Positions 60,380 to 64,000 of a stretch of 64,000 bases of DNA are shown piece after piece. The notes beneath the pieces were generated by a model. That model worked only from the letters and a program-made list of their open reading frames with translations, was not told the DNA's origin and ran no database searches. This DNA comes from Convolutriloba macropyga (lineage: Eukaryota). The number at the start of each line of letters is the position of its first letter. Positions within the stretch are counted from its first letter, which is position 1. Location: positions 3,472,001-3,536,000 of the forward strand of contig NC_134470.1 in assembly GCF_964194025.1 (NCBI RefSeq), written 5' to 3'. A program made the translations under genes and the position numbers.

Positions 60380-63228
60380 GTGACAATATCACCACTTCTA
60401 CTGAAAAAAGTGGTGACATCGATATAAACCCGGGACCAATTTTGCCATACGCACTTATGATGAAAGAGTTAGAATTATTTGATTCCAGAATAAAAATTCT
60501 ACATCAAAACGCCAGAAGTTTAGCTGGACAACATTTGCTGTTGAAAGAACTCATTCAAGACATTGGTCACAACTGCATATGTGCGTTTAGTGAAACATGG
60601 TCGTCACAAAATCATCCACAAAAATTTTGGCATGTAGCTAAGCAAAAATTTGACAGCTTTCGAAAAGATCGCATCCAAACAACAAAAATAAAAGGTGGTG
60701 TTATTATAATGTATATTCAGAAATTTTTAAAACCTCGTCTCCGCGATGATCTCAACTGCTTTCCGGATACAAATTTTGAAAGTTTATGGGTTGAGTTGAG
60801 CATACAAAAAACAAAAAAAGAAATGCTTACTAAATTTATCATAATGTCCCCCCAAAAAACTTGTAACTATGGTTTTGGAAAAATTGGTCCTGGCAATCGA
60901 TCTTGCTACAGCTGACAAAAAATCTGTCATACTTGCTGGAGATTACAACTTAAACTATTTTGCAAAACGCGACAGATGTCTGCTACAATCTGCAATTTCT
61001 CCATTTGATCTTAAACCATCGAATATTGATACAGCCACAAGAATGACTAACTCTTCTTCAACTCTTATTGATTACATTATAACAGACGATTACGAAACAG
61101 GTATAGTAGCGGATACAATTTGGAAAAATGATCCTTTTGCAACAACCACAGTTCTTAAATCTGTGATGCTAAAATCAAAAACAACAAAATAAAAGTTTTT
61201 TGACAAAAAAACTATTCAGCTATAGCGTTCCGAAATTTTATTGAAAATTCAGACTGGGGACACTTTTACGGTGCAGTAATGGGAGATATGATTTTATTAG
61301 AATTTCAAAAAAAATATTGAACGGGCATTAGCACTATATGCTAAAATTAAAGCCTGTTATATTAGAAAAGACAAACAAAAGTTTTTGCTTCAAGAAAAGT
61401 GGCTATGCGAGAAAACAAAAAAAAACAATTTTCAAGAATTAGCGATGACGAAACTAAAAACGATTTATTTCGTCAAAAGGAAAAACAACTTCTCTCAAGA
61501 TTTGTGGTGTTAAACCGTGAAAAAGCCAGGTGGAACTTCATTCAAGATATTCGTAATAAAGAAAAGACTCAAACAAGAATTCAGTCTTTATTAAACAGTT
61601 TTGATAATAAGATAACAAAGCCTATAGAAATTGCAAATCTTCTAAATTAAACATTTTCCACTTTAGGAGAATTTATTGGCTTACAACAAACAAAAAACAT
61701 TCTTCCTAAAACTTCTCCGAGAAAATGTTTCAAACTCCGATATATAACAGCCAAGGAAACAAATGTGCTCATAGATTCATTGAATACATTTAAACCACTC
61801 AGTCCTTCAAAAATATCAGCTTGGGCAATAAAATATGCTACAGCATTAGCAGAACCACTATTTTATCCAATTATTCAGTTCATTACAGAAGGAAAATTTC
61901 CAGAAGAACATAGAAAAGCTTGTCTAACTCCACGCTTCAAAAAAGGAAATACCGAAAACCCACTCACTTATAGACCTGTTTATGTCACTTCTGCTATGTC
62001 AAATTTTTTGGAAAGGCGTTTTGTTCACAGATCACAAATTTCCTAGAAAGCGAGCAATTATTGTCTTATAGTCAATTTGGTTATAGAAAACAAATTTCAA
62101 CAATTGGTGCTATCCTGAAATCGAAAGAACAAATAAGGTTAAAACTCAACAAAAAAATGTTACAGGTGCGTTTTTAGTTCTTTCAAAGGCGTTTGATTCT
62201 ATAAACCACAAAATATTGTTACGGAGACTTTAATATATAGGTTGGACGAACATGCTACCAATTTAATAGACAATTATTTGAGTGAAAGATCTTAAAGAAT
62301 TGTCCTACATGGAATTGAATCAGATTGGATAAATTTGATGAAAGGGGTTCTACAAGGTACTATTTTAGGACCTCTATTATCTAACATTTACGTCAACGAT
62401 TTAGCAAAGATTGTAGAAAAAGATTGCACTGTCGTCCAGTATGCAGACAAATCTTTTCTTTTACATCCGACACTGATGAAATATCGTCAAAAACAAAACT
62501 TGAACATAACAGCTCAAAATTTATCAATTTTTTTTTTGCAGAGTCCCAGTTTATAGTGAACAAACAAAAAACAGAATATATTGTGTTCAGCACCGGGAAG
62601 AGGTTAACAAATACTGTTCTGAATATCGACAACGAAAGAATCAGAATCAAATAGTGTGAAGCATCTTGGCGTAATTATTGATAGCAAACCAAAACTTGAT
62701 GGAGAAGTGAAAAAGATTCTTCAGAGAATGGCTTGTGGAATAAAGGTTTTGAATACACTAAGTAAAAGTTAACCAGAGAAAACGAAAATCTTATTGCTTA
62801 ATGCAATAGTGATAAGTCATCTACATTATTCCGCTTTAATTTTGATAGGGTTGCAAAGATAATTACTCACAACTTTAGAAAAACAATTGAATTGGGGAAT
62901 AAAAACCATTTTTAATAGGAGAAAATGCAATCACAGATCTCAAGATTCGCAACAAAATATTACCAGTCTCTTTTCTCTTGAAATATCATTGCTCAAAATA
63001 TTTTTTTTTCGCTCACTCAGCAACGATCTTCCAGCATTTAAAATTGTACCTCTCTCTACCATGAGAATAAAACAACATGACAGGCCAAAAAAAATAACAT
63101 TCGATATAGGAAAGAACAATAAGTTTTTAACTGATTCTTTTATTGCACAAGTCATTCCAATTTATAATAGTCTGCCTTCTAATATTAGACTGAAGACAAC
63201 ATCGAAAGCTTCCTTAAAAAAGATTTGA
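60380..63228 (+). mobile_element. Degenerate non-LTR retrotransposon (CR1/L2-group LINE) ORF2: 2A-like peptide, APE endonuclease, RT
   Basis: SGDIDINPGP; APE motifs HQNARSL, SETW, RKDR..GG, AGDYNLN, TLIDYI; RT motifs YRPV, KAFDSINH, GVLQGTILGPLL, QYAD; many stops and frameshifts. Confidence 0.92.
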
Positions 63229-63619
63229 AAGAATATTTTTGGAAAGATTTTTTGAAGGACTGCTATGAAAGATGATACTGAGAGCATTAGATTTTCATTT
63301 TTTTAAATCTCCATGATGTACATATAAAATTGGGAGAACTTTTTATAATCGCATTTTAGACTTTTTTTAAATAATGTAATGTCACATTTTAGTTGGGTAA
63401 TTTAAAGATTTCATAATTTTACATAAAGTTATCCTTAACTTTACATTGCCTCTTCTACCACTTGTTCTTTATTCTAATCTGTACCAGAAGGATTTAACAA
63501 TGTTCTCTTTTTTTATTAGTGTCAGAAAGCTTGAGTACTAGTTAAAAATACGCCATGTTGCGGAATTTTGTTTCGTGAGACATGGATAGGAATGGCAATT
63601 AAATTGTGAAACTCGTGTC

Positions 63620-63736
63620 CGGACAAAACAGTCCCATACAAAATAGTCCCAGAGAAAAGAGTCCTAATTTGAAAATTGGTCCCAGACAAAACAGTCCCAA
63701 CAAACAGACAAAACAATCCCCGTCAAAATAATCCCA
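63620..63736. repeat. Short ~15-bp tandem units (ACAAAACAGTCCC)
   Basis: About 6 degenerate copies visible. Confidence 0.7.
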
Positions 63737-64000
63737 CAATTCTAAATATTGTTAACCAACGCATTAGTTAACAAAATCGCGCGCATAAAGAAGGACTATC
63801 CAAGAACAAACAACAAGGTTGGAACAGTAATACAAATTGGTTAATACAAATCATCCATCGCTACCAAACAAGTACCAGCCTTAGAAAATGATTGATTTTT
63901 TGAGTGGCTGCAGTTAAAATATCCAGCTCTAGCAGATGTTGCTTTTGTTATTGTGATCCTTTATTTTCTGTATTTCAGTTCGTTAATTTTCTATCAACAA

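Overview
AT-rich eukaryotic (invertebrate-like) genomic window with spliceosomal introns and three N-gaps. Host genes: a complete 3-exon minus-strand SV2/SVOP-like MFS transporter (1425-6399, 502 aa), and scattered minus-strand exons of a probable terminal nucleotidyltransferase (TENT/TUTase). Its catalytic GSS..DxD exon is at ~49.5 kb and its PAP-associated exon at ~24.7 kb, with ~23 kb of LTR retroelements between them. Three Ty3/Gypsy elements are present. Element C (8473-15549, minus) is old, full-length and has a 5-bp TSD. Element A (26626-33622, plus) is a young relative followed by a second PBS-gag copy. Element B (~34521-49294, plus) is a degraded but unusually complex retrovirus-like element with a tRNA-Asn-like PBS, a gag/pol -1 frameshift signal, a spliced F-type env and several accessory ORFs. 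The most striking observation concerns element B. A polypurine tract and a perfect 10-bp terminal inverted repeat place the start of its 3' LTR at 45909, giving a ~3.4-kb LTR. That LTR contains an intact antisense ORF fusing an integrase-type H2C2 zinc finger to an OTU-like deubiquitinase domain. Also present are a CCCAG-type MITE, LINE relics (one with a 2A-like motif), a tRNA-derived SINE, foldbacks and simple repeats. All family assignments are by-eye motif recognition; no searches were run.
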